DNA of 64,000 bases from Anolis carolinensis (taxonomy: Eukaryota): the NCBI RefSeq assembly GCF_035594765.1, contig NW_026943826.1, forward strand, positions 13,371,325-13,435,324, read 5' to 3'. Made by a program: the position numbers and the translations under genes. Under the pieces are notes generated by a model. It was not told the DNA's origin and did no database searches. It was given only the letters and a program-made list of their open reading frames with translations. Positions 28,063 to 41,164 of the stretch are shown one piece after another (position 1 is the first letter of the stretch; every line of letters starts with the position of its first letter).

Positions 28063-29037
28063 CTCACAAAATATCGCATCTGATGTACGTGGATGACCTG
28101 AAGCTGTATGGGAAAACGGAAACTGAAATCCAGTCTCTGACTAACACTGTCCGAATTTTTAGCACTGATATCAGTACAACCACACTACAAACTAGAGCTG
28201 ACAGTTGGCACAACAAAACATTGCATGGAAAGTTCCTTGACAAAATTGAAGGAAAAGCTGATAAGGAGAAGACCTGGCTCTGGCTCACGAATGGGACCCT
28301 GAAGAAGGAGAAACAAGGCCTGATCCTTGCAGCCCAGGAGCAAGCCATCAGAAGAAAGGCAATTAAGGCCAAGATTGAAAAATCAGCTGATGACGCAAAA
28401 TGCAGACTGTGCAAGGAAACCGACGAAACCATGGATCATATCCTCAGCTGCTGTAAGAAAATTGCACAGACAGACTACAAACAGAGGCACAACTATGTGG
28501 CCCAAATGATTCATTGGAACTTATGCCTCAAGTCCCACCTCCCAGCAGCAAAGAACTGGTGGGATCACAAACCTGCAAAAGTATTGGAAAACGAGCACGC
28601 AAAGATACTGTGGGACTTCCGAATCCAGACTGGCAAAGTTCTGGAACACAACACACCAGACCTCACAGTTGTGGAAAAGAAAAAGGTTTGGATCATTGAT
28701 GTTGCCATCCCAGGTGACAGTCGCATTGACGAAAAACAACAGGAAAAACTCAGCCGCTCTCAGGACCTCAAGATTGAACTTCAAAGACTCTGGCAGAAAC
28801 CAGTGCAGGTGGTCCCGGTGGTGATGGGCACACTGGGTGCTGTGCCAAAAGATCTCAGCCGGCATTTGGAAACAATAGGCATTGACAAAATCTTGATCTG
28901 CCAACTGCAAAAGGCCACCCGACTGGGACCTGCACGCATCATCCGAAAATACATCACACAGTCCTAGACACTTGGGAAGTGTTCGACTTGTGGTTTTGTG
29001 AAACGAAATCCAGCATGTCTATCTTGTTTGCTGTGTC

Positions 29038-29076
<39 letters not shown>

Positions 29077-30134
29077 GTTCACATGGGGACCGAGCCCAAG
29101 AATCAACAGATAATCACAATGTCTTATTGGGACACCGATCAGGACCAGCTGCTTACACAGTGCTCTATAGACAGCTGGGATCAGCAACAACGGCAACACG
29201 CATAGGATCCATTCCCTTTCCTCCTGGGCTGGTGTACGGTTCAGACAGAGAACAAGTTCAACTAGCACCCATTCCAGCTGTCCAGATGACCCCAAAACGG
29301 GAGCTCCCAGCAAACCCAAGACATCTCCCAACCTTGTCTGAAGTTGGGAAGAGCGGGTTCAATGAAGAAGAACTCAAGATGCTCAATGGAAGTCCAAGAA
29401 TGTCCTGATACAAGTCATGGTGGGGTTCCATATCCACGTCGAATTGCTCTTAGTTCTTGTTGAAGGGAAGTCCAAAGAGACCCGTCTCTTGGACTGTTCC
29501 TTCCACACTTCCAAGCTCTGCCCTCACCGCCCACGTGATGAGTCTCTTTTGGACGTTTCTTTCAACAAGAACTAAGGCCAATTCGACGTGGATATGAAAA
29601 CCCACCATGTTCTGCACCTTGCCCTTTTCAGTGGAAGGACTCTGATTCGACAATACACTGCAAATCCCAGGATTCCGTAGGAAATGTCCATGGTGTCGGA
29701 GTGCTCTCATGGTCTCGGAGAGGACACAGATCCCTCTAGAAGTTTCCAACTAGAACTAGAACCACTTTGGCAGGCTGGAAATCCAAGCCGAAGCTTCGAA
29801 ACCATCCGTCTTCATGAGCTGAGTCAAAGCTGCCCATGCCCTTCAGAAGGCCCTTGTCTTGGTGGGACGCTGAGCGAAAGGAAGCATCTATCCGATGACA
29901 CCGCCAAAACGTGGACACAAAGTCACAGAAAGGGGCGTTAAAATCAAGAAGACTTACCAGATATGCTCCACATTTGGGAAAGCTGTGCAAAACCCGTAGC
30001 CTTACGGGGTATTTGATTCCCGGGGGAATGTCTAGCCTCCTCTGATCCTGATAAACAACCCACACGATCACCAAGAGGAGAACCAGAAGGCTGGCATACA
30101 ACACAGGCATCCCCAGAGAGACAAGGAAGCCCAT
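25974..30134 (-). CDS. AADACL3/4-like gene E, complete, 410 aa, Cys type. Exons 30134-29958, 27698-27482, 27371-27308, 26748-25974
   Basis: Exons of 177/217/64/775 nt with AG/GT; GECSGG (26621-26619), EYD, DGFHS. Confidence 0.92.
28060..29040 (+). mobile_element. R4/Dong-clade non-LTR retrotransposon, truncated and internally deleted, inserted in (AAT)n in gene E intron 1
   Basis: HLMYVDDLKL (RT), CRLC..H...C zinc knuckle, RHN, PD..D restriction-like endonuclease; (AAT)n on both sides. Confidence 0.88.
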
Positions 30135-30389
30135 CCTCTTGACCAACAAGCGCAGAAGAACTCTCCTTTCTCCTTGGTGGTTTCTGAGGTTCTGCACACC
30201 TTAGGTGTCCCCATTTAATAGGGAACTAATTAGGTCATGCCATCCCCTGCCCACACAACCATTCATTGAATCGGAAGTGGCTGATTATGTCCGATGGATG
30301 CTGCCCTTACAATTTATACCATGGTGACCCGTGTGAAGGAATACATTATGTGAATGACATGGTGGGTTAATCTAGCACAGCGTCTCTTC

Positions 30390-31112
30390 TGCACTTCACT
30401 TCGCTTCACTTTATTTCTTAATTAGTCGCTCTCCACCAGAGTGCTCCGAGCGACTTACAATTTAAAATATCATTCCACAATATAAAAACATTCAACATAA
30501 AAACATTCAACAATGACTATTCGGCAAATTAGATCTGATTTACTTAAATGCACAACCAAACAGCCAAGTTTGCCATTTTCCTTGCCTGACGAAGATGAAA
30601 AGAGGCCAGTGATCTGGGCCTCCGTTGTCAGCAATGAGTCCAACACAACCCCAAGGCTTTTAACAGTAGCAGACGGAACCAGAACTTCCCCATCGAGATC
30701 AGGCAGTGACTGGATTAACTCTGGTGGCTGGCTGGGACAGAGTATCTCAGTTTTCGCGGGATTCACTTTTAGTCTACGCGCGCGCAGCCAACTCAACACT
30801 GCTTCCAAACACAGCTTAAAGTTCTCAGGAATCGTGGTTGTCCCAGGTTCGAGACGCAAGAGTAGCTGGGTATCATCGCATAGCTCTATGCCAAAGCTCC
30901 GCACTAGTCCAGCAAGTGGTCGGACGTAGGTGTTGAATCGAAAGGATAGCACCCTGGGGAACTCCACAACCAAGGCAGGAGCTCTCAGAGCTTTGGCCTA
31001 GCCACTCCACCCTCTGTCTCCGGTCCCGGAGAAACGAACCATTGAGAAGCTAAACCTGGTACACCAGACATAGCCAATCAATGGATCAGCAAGTCATAGT
31101 ACACGGTGTTGA
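30390..31112 (-). mobile_element. Paralogous L2 fragment upstream of gene E (internal deletion near 30570)
   Basis: Near-identical to 19270-20455 minus ~460 bp. Confidence 0.85.
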
Positions 31113-31174
31113 ATCTTTCTAAATCGTTCTGAAACCCATCAGCAATCTCTCTTGAAACATTATGTATTCATCAG

Positions 31175-31238
31175 ATATGACTGACCAACAATGCTGCTAC
31201 ATTGCCGAGAAAACCAATTCAGTCGTTGTGTGAGTTGG
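31175..31238 (+). pseudogene. Orphan exon-3 copy (in-frame TGA)
   Basis: Homologous to 9244-9307. Confidence 0.8.
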
Positions 31239-32101
31239 GTAAGTTTCTTCCTAGTCATCCTGGTTGTATTGGTAAGTTTGTTCTAAAAGCGATGTCCTAC
31301 CGAGAGCGCTCTCCCACCCAATTCAATCAATTCTGTATACAATAGTTTCCCAGAATACTCGTCCCTTTCTCAGTCAATGATCTTCCTACTGGGGAAACCA
31401 ACAACCAAAAGGGGCATTCCTCAGCCCAAAGGGCATGACTTGTTTCGATATGCACCAAGAGGCCCAGAACACTAGTTCTCGAAAAAAATTATTGGTGCAG
31501 TTGATTAAATTTCCTGTTGCATTATTCATGGCTGAAGTTAATGTCTAAGGGAAAATTATTTGCTGAAGACACTCATTAAAAGAAATACCTTTTAATTAAA
31601 TGAATGCAAAGGAATGATAAGAGTTGGGTGTCATCTGTATATATATATATATATTTATTTATTTATTTATTTACAGTATTTATATTCCGTCCTTCTCACC
31701 CCGAAGGGGACTCATATGCAGATGACACCCAATTCTTATTTAATTAAAAGGCATTTCTTTTAATGAGTGTCTTCAGCAAATAATTTTCCCTTAGACATTA
31801 ACTTCAGCCATGAATAATGCAACGGGAAATTTAATCAACTGCGCTAATAAGTTTTTTGAGAAGCAGTGTTCTGGGCCTCCCGGTGCATATTGAAACAAGT
31901 CATGCCCTTTGGGCTGAGGAACGCCCCATTGGGCTTGTTTGTTTAGCCAGTAGGAAGATCATTGACCGAGAAAGGGACGAGATTTTTGGGAAGCGATTTT
32001 AAAGAGGAATCGATTTAATTCGGTGGGAGAGCGCTCTCGGTAGGACATCGCTTTTAGAACAAACTTACCGATACAACCAGGACGAGTAGGAAGAAACTTA
32101 C

Positions 32102-32156
32102 CCAACGACTGAGTTGTTTTTCTCGTCAATGTAGCAGCATTGTTGGTCTGATATAT
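32102..32156 (-). pseudogene. Orphan exon-3 copy, inverted with a deletion
   Basis: Reverse-complement homology to 31175-31238. Confidence 0.7.
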
Positions 32157-34027
32157 CTGATGAACACATAATGTTTCAAGAGAGATTACTGATGGGTTTC
32201 AGAACGATTTAGAAAGATACTATACTCTTCACTAGGGGAGGAGGTTGATATAACTATATTCAAACTAATTCTTTTAGCTTCCTAAAATGGATCCATTCGC
32301 GGATTAAAAGGGTGGACCTGGGTACACGTCCACATGGAATGGTTCATTTTCAGTGATAGCTGAGTATTTCAGGAAGGATAGCTATTTCAGGAAGCATATT
32401 AGAGGCTTATTTGATATATGCAAATCAGTATACAGTAGAGTCCCGGCTATCCGACTTCCGCTCATCCGACACTCCGGATTATCTGACTTCCGCTCATCCG
32501 ACACTCCGGATTATCCGACGTGTGGGAGGAGGGAGGGAGGCAGGCTGCAAAATGCGACAGCTAGAAGGAGGAGCCTGCCGCACTGTCGCCTTTGCAGCCT
32601 GCCCTCCCTCCCTTTCTCATTCACTCACTCACTCACTCACCTGCCTTCTTTCTCCCTCTCCCACCTTCTCACTAAGACCCGGCTGGTGAGTGAGAGAGGG
32701 AGGGAAGGTGTGCCTGCTACTCATAGCCAAGAAGCTAAGTGTGGAAAGAGTTAATTGCCAAGAAGCTATGATGTCCTTGATGTGTGACTGGAACTAGGGA
32801 GTATCCAGACACAAGAGTTTGTGCATAATTGATTGCGTCAGTTCAGTTGAGTTCTGTCTGCCTAGAGTTCAAGTCAAGATCTGTTGGAGAACAAAACAGT
32901 CCTGTGTTTGTCTGTTTGTGTTGATTACTGCTGCATACAGTAAAACTTTGTAAATAGTCTTACCAACGTCTCTGAGTGTCTCTTCGTTCTGCGCTCCACT
33001 CCTTCCATCCAACTACTGCTGTGCTGCACATACTCTGACACGCCTTCCACTTGGAAACCAATGTCCTCAATGCGGGAGAACACGTGGATCAAGAATAGGT
33101 CTCTTCAGCCCCTGCACTGGTCTCGTTTTCATGCATTCGGTAGTCGGAACATCTGAATCACCACATATGGTATCCTCAAACGATATCATACACATCCCTA
33201 CTCTAGATGGATGCGCTCTAGCTCAGGCTGGACCTACACTGCCATATTATACTAATTATCAAAGCAGTTAATCCATGTTTTATGAGTCTACATTGCTATG
33301 TAACCCAGTTCAAGGCAGACAATCTGGATTCTATATGGGAGGGTAGAAGCTGTCACTTGCCCGTGGATGGGAAAGAGCCAAAGGTTGTCTTCTCCTCCCT
33401 CTAGTGGTGAGCCAGTCGTCTATATATTGGAACCTCATTTGATACTACAGTAGAGTCTCACTTATCCAACACTCACTTATCCAAGGTTCTGGATTATCCA
33501 AGGCATTTTTGTAGTCAATGTTTTCAATATATCGTGACATTTTGGAGCTAAATTCGTAAATACAGCAATTACAAGATAAAATTACTGCGTATTGAACTAC
33601 TTTTTCTGTCAAATTTGTTGTATTTGTTTGGTGCTTAATTTGTCCCCGTGGGAAGATGGTGGTGGGGTATAAATAAAGTTTTGTTATTATTTATTATTAT
33701 TGATCTCCTTCCCCTGAAAGCCTGTCCCTATAAGGTTGACCTCCTTCTTCCTGATCATTGTCCCCACAGGGTTTGGGCTGAGTATTTGATCTTGCAGGGT
33801 GTATCACATGCAACATAAGCAGATACTCACACTGAGTCACACAGGAGAGAGGAAGTGTGTGTAGACATACAGTATATATATTTACCATAATTCAGACAAT
33901 CAGTCTACTTACTCCATCTATCTAGAGCGGAAGTTAACATTTGGGAAAGCAACAAAGGAGAGAATTTTGCTGGAACGTGACCCTACAGCCCGAAAAACTC
34001 ACAGAAAGCAAAAATAGAACATGTGCC

Positions 34028-36938
34028 TTATATACTGTTAATGAAATCAGTCACATGTCGTAAATGGATTTTCTGAGTTGGGAATTCCAGGAGCGGAATG
34101 CCAATGACAGCCGTTATGCAGTGGAATCCATCCTCAATGTGATACCAGGTCACTGGGACGCCGTTGTCCTCCAGCCGCTTCTTGTACAAGAGCCCGTCGT
34201 CTCGGAAAACATCGTACTCGCAGGTCAGAATGAAAGTCTTGGGGAGCTGTCGGATCACGTCATCCTCTGCCAACAGCGGGGAAAACATGGGGTTGGTTAC
34301 TTCTTTGCATTGTTCGTAAAGTTCTGGGATAAACTCAGGCCACTCCATGGGCACATAACCCCGGCCCTTGAATCTCTCCGGGATGAGGTCGGGACTGACC
34401 CACTTCCTGTATTTCATCCAGACGTGTTTGGGGAGGTGAGCGTTCCTCATGACGTCCTCCACGTTGATCCTCTTTCCCGTCAAATACACCATGCCCATCC
34501 TCAAGGCCCTTTTCTTGAACAACATGGGGACTCTCTGGTTCTGCTGATACGAAGGCAAGTTGAAATCGATGGCCTGGAAATAGGAATAGATTAGGACCTG
34601 AGCACAAAGCTTTGGGAGATCCGGCCTGGCCGCCAACTGTTGACAAACGACGGTAGCAAATGTCCCTCCGCTACATTCTCCCAAGATAGTGATGCGATTC
34701 GGGTCCACTCCGAATTCTGCGGCATTTTTCAAGAAGTGCGCGGTAGCCGTGCAGCAATCCATGACTGGGATCGGGAAGGGATGCTCTGGGGCCAAACGAA
34801 ACCTGAAGCAGAAGCAAGAAACCGTCTGAATATGTAACTCTACAGGATAACGTTCTCTGGATTTTAGGATGTTTCCCCCCCCTCCACTGTCAGTTTTAGA
34901 TGCTTCACGCGTTGCGGTCAACATCAGGCTAATGGGGGCTAATGGGGTTGAGGACAGTGAACAGTCTTAAAGGGAAACCCATCGTAGAATGTGTAGGACC
35001 TTGTCATCAATATCTAGTGGAAGCACACCATGGAATCGAGCTGGAAGTCATAGGAAATGCGTCAAGAGAGCCATTCCCTGGAATATCTAGATCAGGGGTC
35101 GTCAAACCTTTTCAGTGGAGGGCCGGTTCACGGTCCCTCAGAAGATTGGGGGGCCCGACTATGATGAAATAGTCCAAAATTAGGATTGCTGTGGTTGTTT
35201 GCCTTCAACTCCTTGCAAACTTAGGTCAACCTTTAGTCTAAAGTTTAGGACAGAGACCAGGTAAAGGACCTTGGAGGATCACATCCAGCCCATGGGTCTT
35301 AGTTTGGGGACCCCTGATCTCATAAGACCATAGGTAAGGAAAGGGACCTCCAAAGACCATCTAGACAATCTCATAAGACCATAGGTAAGGAAAGGGACAC
35401 TCAAAGGCCATCTAGATAGTCTCATAGGATGATATGTAAGGAAAGTGACCTCCAAAGACCATCTAGACGATCTCAGAAGACCATAGGTAAGGAAAGGGAC
35501 CTCCAAAGACCATCTAGACAATCTCATAAGACCCTAGGTAAGGAAAGGGACACTCAAAGGCCATCTAGATAGTCTCATAGGATGATATGTAAGGAAAGTG
35601 ACCTCCAAAGACCATCTAGACGATCTCAGAAGACCATAAATAAGCAAAGAGACCCCCAAAGACCAGGTAGACTAAGGTCAACCCTAAGTCTAAAGTTTAG
35701 GATAGGGGCCAGGCAAAGGACCTTGGGGGCCGCATCCGGCCCACGGGCCTTCGTTTGGGGACCCCTGATCTCCAGGATGAGCATATGGTCAACTTCTGGT
35801 GGAAGTACACCATGGAATAGAGTTGGAAGTCATAGGAAATGCGTCAAGAGAGACATTCCCTAGAATATCCAGGTCCTCCAGGATAACAATATGGTCAACT
35901 TCTGGAGGGAGCACACCATGGAACTGAGTTGGAAATCATAGGAAATGCGTCAAGAAAACCATTCCCTAGAATATCTAGGTCCTCCAGGATGACCATATGG
36001 TCAACTTCTTTTGGGAGCACACCATGGAACCGAGTTGGAGGAGAGGGAAAAGGCTTAAGGAGAACACACTCCTCCCTGGGTTGGTGGCTCCTCCAATGGG
36101 AAGACGGCTAATTGAGGAAGGGAACACTTCTTTGGAAATATGGAGTCAAGTCTCTTGGAAAGGGAATGGATCGAATAATGTGGGAGAACGTATATTCTAT
36201 ACAAGCAGAATGAGGGTGAAGTCACTTACGCAATGTTCACAGTGACGGAATCAGTCTCCTGGGAAATTAAGTGGCATAGTGGGTCTCCTTCCCCTGAAAA
36301 ACACATCATGTTTCAAGAGAGATTATTACTGATGGGATTCATGACGGTGTACATAGAAAGATCCTATATACTCCACCTGAACTCTGTTTCCAGGAGAACT
36401 TACATATATTTCCGATAATGGCAGCACCTCCAGGAATGACAACCACTCCTCTTCTCTTCCCAGAAGGAGTCGTTTTGGGCCAATACACTCTGACCGGAAC
36501 GCCATCAAAATCAAAGTCCTTGATCGTCAGTGTTGAGCTCCTCTTGGATAGCATTAGGCTAGCGACCCTGTGCACGAATCTGTACTTATTCTGGATGCCA
36601 AGTTTTTCTAAAAGGAATGCCTGTTTATAGAAAATATAAAGATGAAATTAATATCACCAGGACCTGTTGACCTATGCAGCTTGAAAGATAATACATCTCT
36701 TGAGTAGAAAATTTAGGAAACGCTTTATGCCTCATGGCTACTGCCAATTGCTGATAAGGAGTCACCAGATCAGAACAAAGGGAAAGGGAAGTATGTATGA
36801 AATACCTTGTGTGTCCATGGTTAAAACCTTTGACTATAAAACACCCGGAGCTGCATCCTCAGTGTGTGGCACTTGCCCACCCGACAGAGGGGTTTGTTCC
36901 CTACCTACCTTTGCCTTCACTTCACTGGTGCCTCTTTC

Positions 36939-36987
<49 letters not shown>

Positions 36988-38705
36988 CTCACAAAATATC
37001 GCATCTGATGTACGTGGATGACCTGAAGCTGTATGGGAAAACGGAAACTGAAATCCAGTCTCTGACTAACACTGTCCGAATTTTTAGCACTGATATCAGT
37101 ACAACCACACTAGAAACTAGAGCTGACAGTTGGCACAACAAAACATTGCATGGAAAGTTCCTTGACAAAATTGAAGGAAAAGCTGATAAGGAGAAGACCT
37201 GGCTCTGGCTCACGAATGGGACCCTGAAGAAGGAGACAGAAGGCCTGATCCTTGCAGCCCAGGAAGAAGACATCAGGACAAAGGCAATTAAGGCCAAGAT
37301 CGAAAAATCAGCTGATGACGCAAAATGCAGACTGTGCAAGGAAACCGACGAAACCATGGATCATATCCTCAGCTGCTGTAAGAAAATTGCACAGACAGAC
37401 TACAAACAGAGGCACAACTATGTGGCCCAAATGATTCATTGGAACTTATGCCTCAAGTCCCACCTGCCAGCAGCAAAGAACTGGTGGGATCACAAACCTG
37501 CAAAAGTCTTGGAAAATGAGCACGCAAAGATCCTGTGGGACTTCCGAATCCAGACTGACAAAGTTCTGGAACACAACACACCAGACATCACAGTTGTGGA
37601 AAAGAAAAAGGTTTGGATCATTGATGTTGCCATCCCAGGTGACAGTCGCATAGATGAAAAACAACAGGAAAAACTCAGCCGCTCTCAGGACCTCAAGATG
37701 GAACTTCAAAGACTCTGGCAGAAACCAGTGCAGATGGTCCCAGTGGTGATGGGCACACTGGGTGCCGTGCCAAAAGATCTCAGCCGGCATTTGGAAACAG
37801 AAGGCATTGACAAAATCATGATCTGCCAACTGCAAAAGGCCACCCGACTGGGACCTGCACGCATCATCCGAAAATACATCACACAGTCCTAGACACTTGG
37901 GAAGTGTTCGACTTGTGGTTTTGTGAAACGAAATCCAGCATGTCTATCTTGTTTGCTGTGTCATAATAATAATAATAATAATAATAATAATAGTTCTCAT
38001 GGGGACCGAGCCCAAGAATCAAGAGATAATCACAATGTCTTATTGGGACACCGATGAGGACCAGCTGCTTACACAGTGCTCTATAGACAGCTGGGATCAG
38101 CAACAACGGCAACACGCATAGGATCCATTCCCTTTCCTCCTGGGCTGGTGTACGGTTCAGACAGAGAACAAGTTCAACTAGCACCCATTCCAGCTGTCCA
38201 GATGACCCCAAAACGGGAGCTCCCAGCAAACCCAAGACATCTCCCAACCTTGTCTGAAGTTGGGAAGAGCGGGTTCAATGAAGAATAACTCAAGATGCTC
38301 AATGGAAGTCCAAGAATGTCCTGATACAAGTCATGGTGGGGTTCCATATCCACGTCGAATTGCTCTTAGTTCTTGTTGAAGGGAAGTCCAAAGAGACCCG
38401 TCTCTTGGACTGTTCCTTCCACACTTCCGAGCTCTGCCCTCACCGCCTACATGATGAATCTCTTTTGGACGTTTCCTTCAACAAGAATTAAAGCCAATTC
38501 GACATGCGTTAAAATCAAGAAGACTTACCATGACCCCTCCATATCTGACGATGCCGTGCCAAACTCGTAGCCTTACGGGGTATTTGATTTCAGCGGGAAT
38601 GTGTAGCCTCCTCTGATCCTGATAAATGGCCCACGCGATCACCAAGAAGAGAACCAGAAGGCTGGCATACAACACAACCATCCCCAGAGAGACAAGGAAG
38701 GCCAT
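34028..38705 (-). CDS. AADACL3/4-like gene F, complete, 410 aa, Cys type. Exons 38705-38529, 36620-36404, 36293-36230, 34802-34028
   Basis: Exons of 177/217/64/775 nt with AG/GT; GECSGG (34675-34673), EYD, DGFHC. Confidence 0.92.
35093..35767. mobile_element. Non-autonomous hAT-type element in gene F intron 3
   Basis: CAGGGGTC...GACCCCTG termini; internal ~51-bp repeats; absent from genes D and E. Confidence 0.8.
36985..37965 (+). mobile_element. R4/Dong copy at the paralogous site in gene F intron 1
   Basis: Same junctions and same internal deletion as 28060-29040. Confidence 0.88.
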
Positions 38706-38959
38706 CCTCTTGACCAACAAGCACGGAAGAACTCTCCTTTCTCCTTGGTGGTTTCTGAGGTTCTGCACACCTTAGGTGTCCCCATTTAATAGGGAACTAA
38801 TTAAGTCATGCCATCCCCTGCCCACACAACCATTAGTTGAATCGGAAGTGGCTGATTATGTCCGATGGATGCTGCCCTTACAATTTATACCACGGTGACC
38901 CGTGTGAAGGAATACATTATGTGAATGACATGGTGGGTTAATCTAGCACAGCGTCTCTT

Positions 38960-40155
38960 CTGCACTTCACTTCGCTTCACTTTATTTCTTAATTAGTCGC
39001 TCTCCACCAGAGTGCTCCGAGCGACTTACAATTTAAAATATCATTCCACAATATAAAAACATTCACATAAAAACATTCAACATAAAAACATTCAACAATG
39101 ACTATTTGGCAAATTAGATCTGATTTACTTAAATTTACAACCAAACCGCCAAGTCTTGAGCGCTTTTACAAAAGGCCGCAACTCCGACATTGCTCTAAGG
39201 TATGGAGGCCATGAGTTCCACAGAATTGGAGCATCGGTCGAAAAGGCTCTACGCCTTGTAGCTTCCAGGTGTACCTCCCTAGGGCCCGGTACGTGTAGGA
39301 GATTTTCCTGGGAGGATCGAGGTGACCACGGATGGAAAAAAGGAATGAGATATAATGGTCCTTGGCCATTTCGAGCTCTAAATGTCAGGACCAGTATCTT
39401 GTTAAAGATCTGATGTTCTATTGGTAACCAATGCAGTTGTTTCAGAATCGGTGTAATATGGGATCTTATAGATGATCCCGCTAGCAGCCTGGCCGCCGCA
39501 TTTTGGACCATTCGGATCTTCTGGGTTTTTGTCTTCGGAAGGCCAGTGTCACAATAATTCAACCTAGTGGTGACTGTTGCATGGATTACCGTTGCCAATG
39601 CTTCTGTCGAAAGGTAAGATGCCAATTTCCTTCCCTGGCGAAGATGAAAAGAGGCCAGTGATCTGGGCCTCCATTGTCAGCGATGAGTCCAACACAACCC
39701 CAAGGCTTTTAACAGTAGCAGACGGAACCAGAACTTCCCCATCGAGATCAGGCAGTGACTGGATTAACTCTGGTGGCTGGCTGGGACAGAGTATCTCAGT
39801 TTTCGCGGGATTCACTTTTAGTCTACGCGCGCGCAGCCAACTCAACACTGCTTCCAAACACAGCTTAAAGTTCTCAGGAATCGTGGTTGTCCCAGGTTCG
39901 AGACGCAAGAGTAGCCGGTATCATCGCATAGCTCTATGCCAAAGCTCCGCACTAGTCCAGCAAGTGGTCGGACGTCGAAACGATCGCACCCTGGGGAATT
40001 CCACAGCAAAGGCAGGAGCTCTCAGAGCTTTGGCCTGACCACTCCACCCTCTGTCTCTGGTCCCGGAGAAACGAATTGAACCATTGAAGAGCTAAACCTG
40101 GTACACCAGACATAGCCAATCGATGGATCAGCAAGTCATGGTCCACGGTGTCAAA
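38960..40155 (-). mobile_element. Paralogous L2 fragment upstream of gene F
   Basis: Same motifs as 19270-20455. Confidence 0.85.
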
Positions 40156-40216
40156 TCTTTCTAAATCGTTCTGAAACCCATCAGCAATCTCTCTTGAAAC
40201 ATTATGTATTCATCAG

Positions 40217-40280
40217 ATATGACTGACCAACAATGCTGCTACATTGCCGAGAAAACCAATTCAGTCGTTGTGTGAGTTGG
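40217..40280 (+). pseudogene. Orphan exon-3 copy (in-frame TGA)
   Basis: Homologous to 9244-9307. Confidence 0.8.
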
Positions 40281-41001
40281 GTAAGTTTCTTCCTAGTCAT
40301 CCTGGTTGTATTGGTAAGTTTGTTCTAAAAGCGATGTCCTACCGAGAGCGCTCTCCCACCCAATTCAATCAATTCTGTATACAATAGTTTCCCAGAATAC
40401 TTGTCCCTTTCTCAGTCAATGACCTTCCTACTGGGGAAACCAACAACCAAAAGGGGCATTCCTCAGCCCAAAGGGCATGACTTGTTTCGATATGCACCAA
40501 GAGGCCCAGAACACTAGTTCTCGAAAAAAATTATTGGTGCAGTTGATTAAATTTCGTGTTGCATTATTCATGGCTGAAGTTAATGTCTAAGGGAAAATTA
40601 TTTGCTGAAGACACTCATTAAAAGAAATACCTTTTAATTAAATGAATGCAAAGGAATGATAAGAGTTGGGTGTCATCTGTATATACGTGGCATCGTAATC
40701 CAAAACTTCAAGGAAGCTCTCCCAATGGTTCCATCTATATGTTGATAGGATGCGGAATAAAACAGAGCCTCGAGGGAACCCACAGGCCAGATTCAACCAT
40801 TTAAGTTTACCATCTAAGAAGAAACACCCAAGTTAACTCCATATACGATATGCTCTTTAATAATAGTGAAAGAAGCGACTCATGGGGCTATTTATCTCAA
40901 AAAAATAATCCTACAATCTGACCAGTCAAAACAAAACTAAAATAAAATGTATTGTCCCAATCTCTGCAGTTTCTCATCTAACTTGGAGAAATTACTATTA
41001 C

Positions 41002-41041
<40 letters not shown>

Positions 41042-41112
41042 TTATTATGACACAGCAAACAAGATAGATATGCTGGATTTCATATCACAAAATCACAAGT
41101 CAAACACTTCCC

Positions 41113-41164
<52 letters not shown>

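Noticed and set aside
27876-28967. 363-aa ORF with poly-Asn (and the 342-aa ORF at 36864-37892) as a novel or domesticated gene
   Set aside because: Chance read-through from intron DNA across (AAT)n into a deleted R4 fragment.
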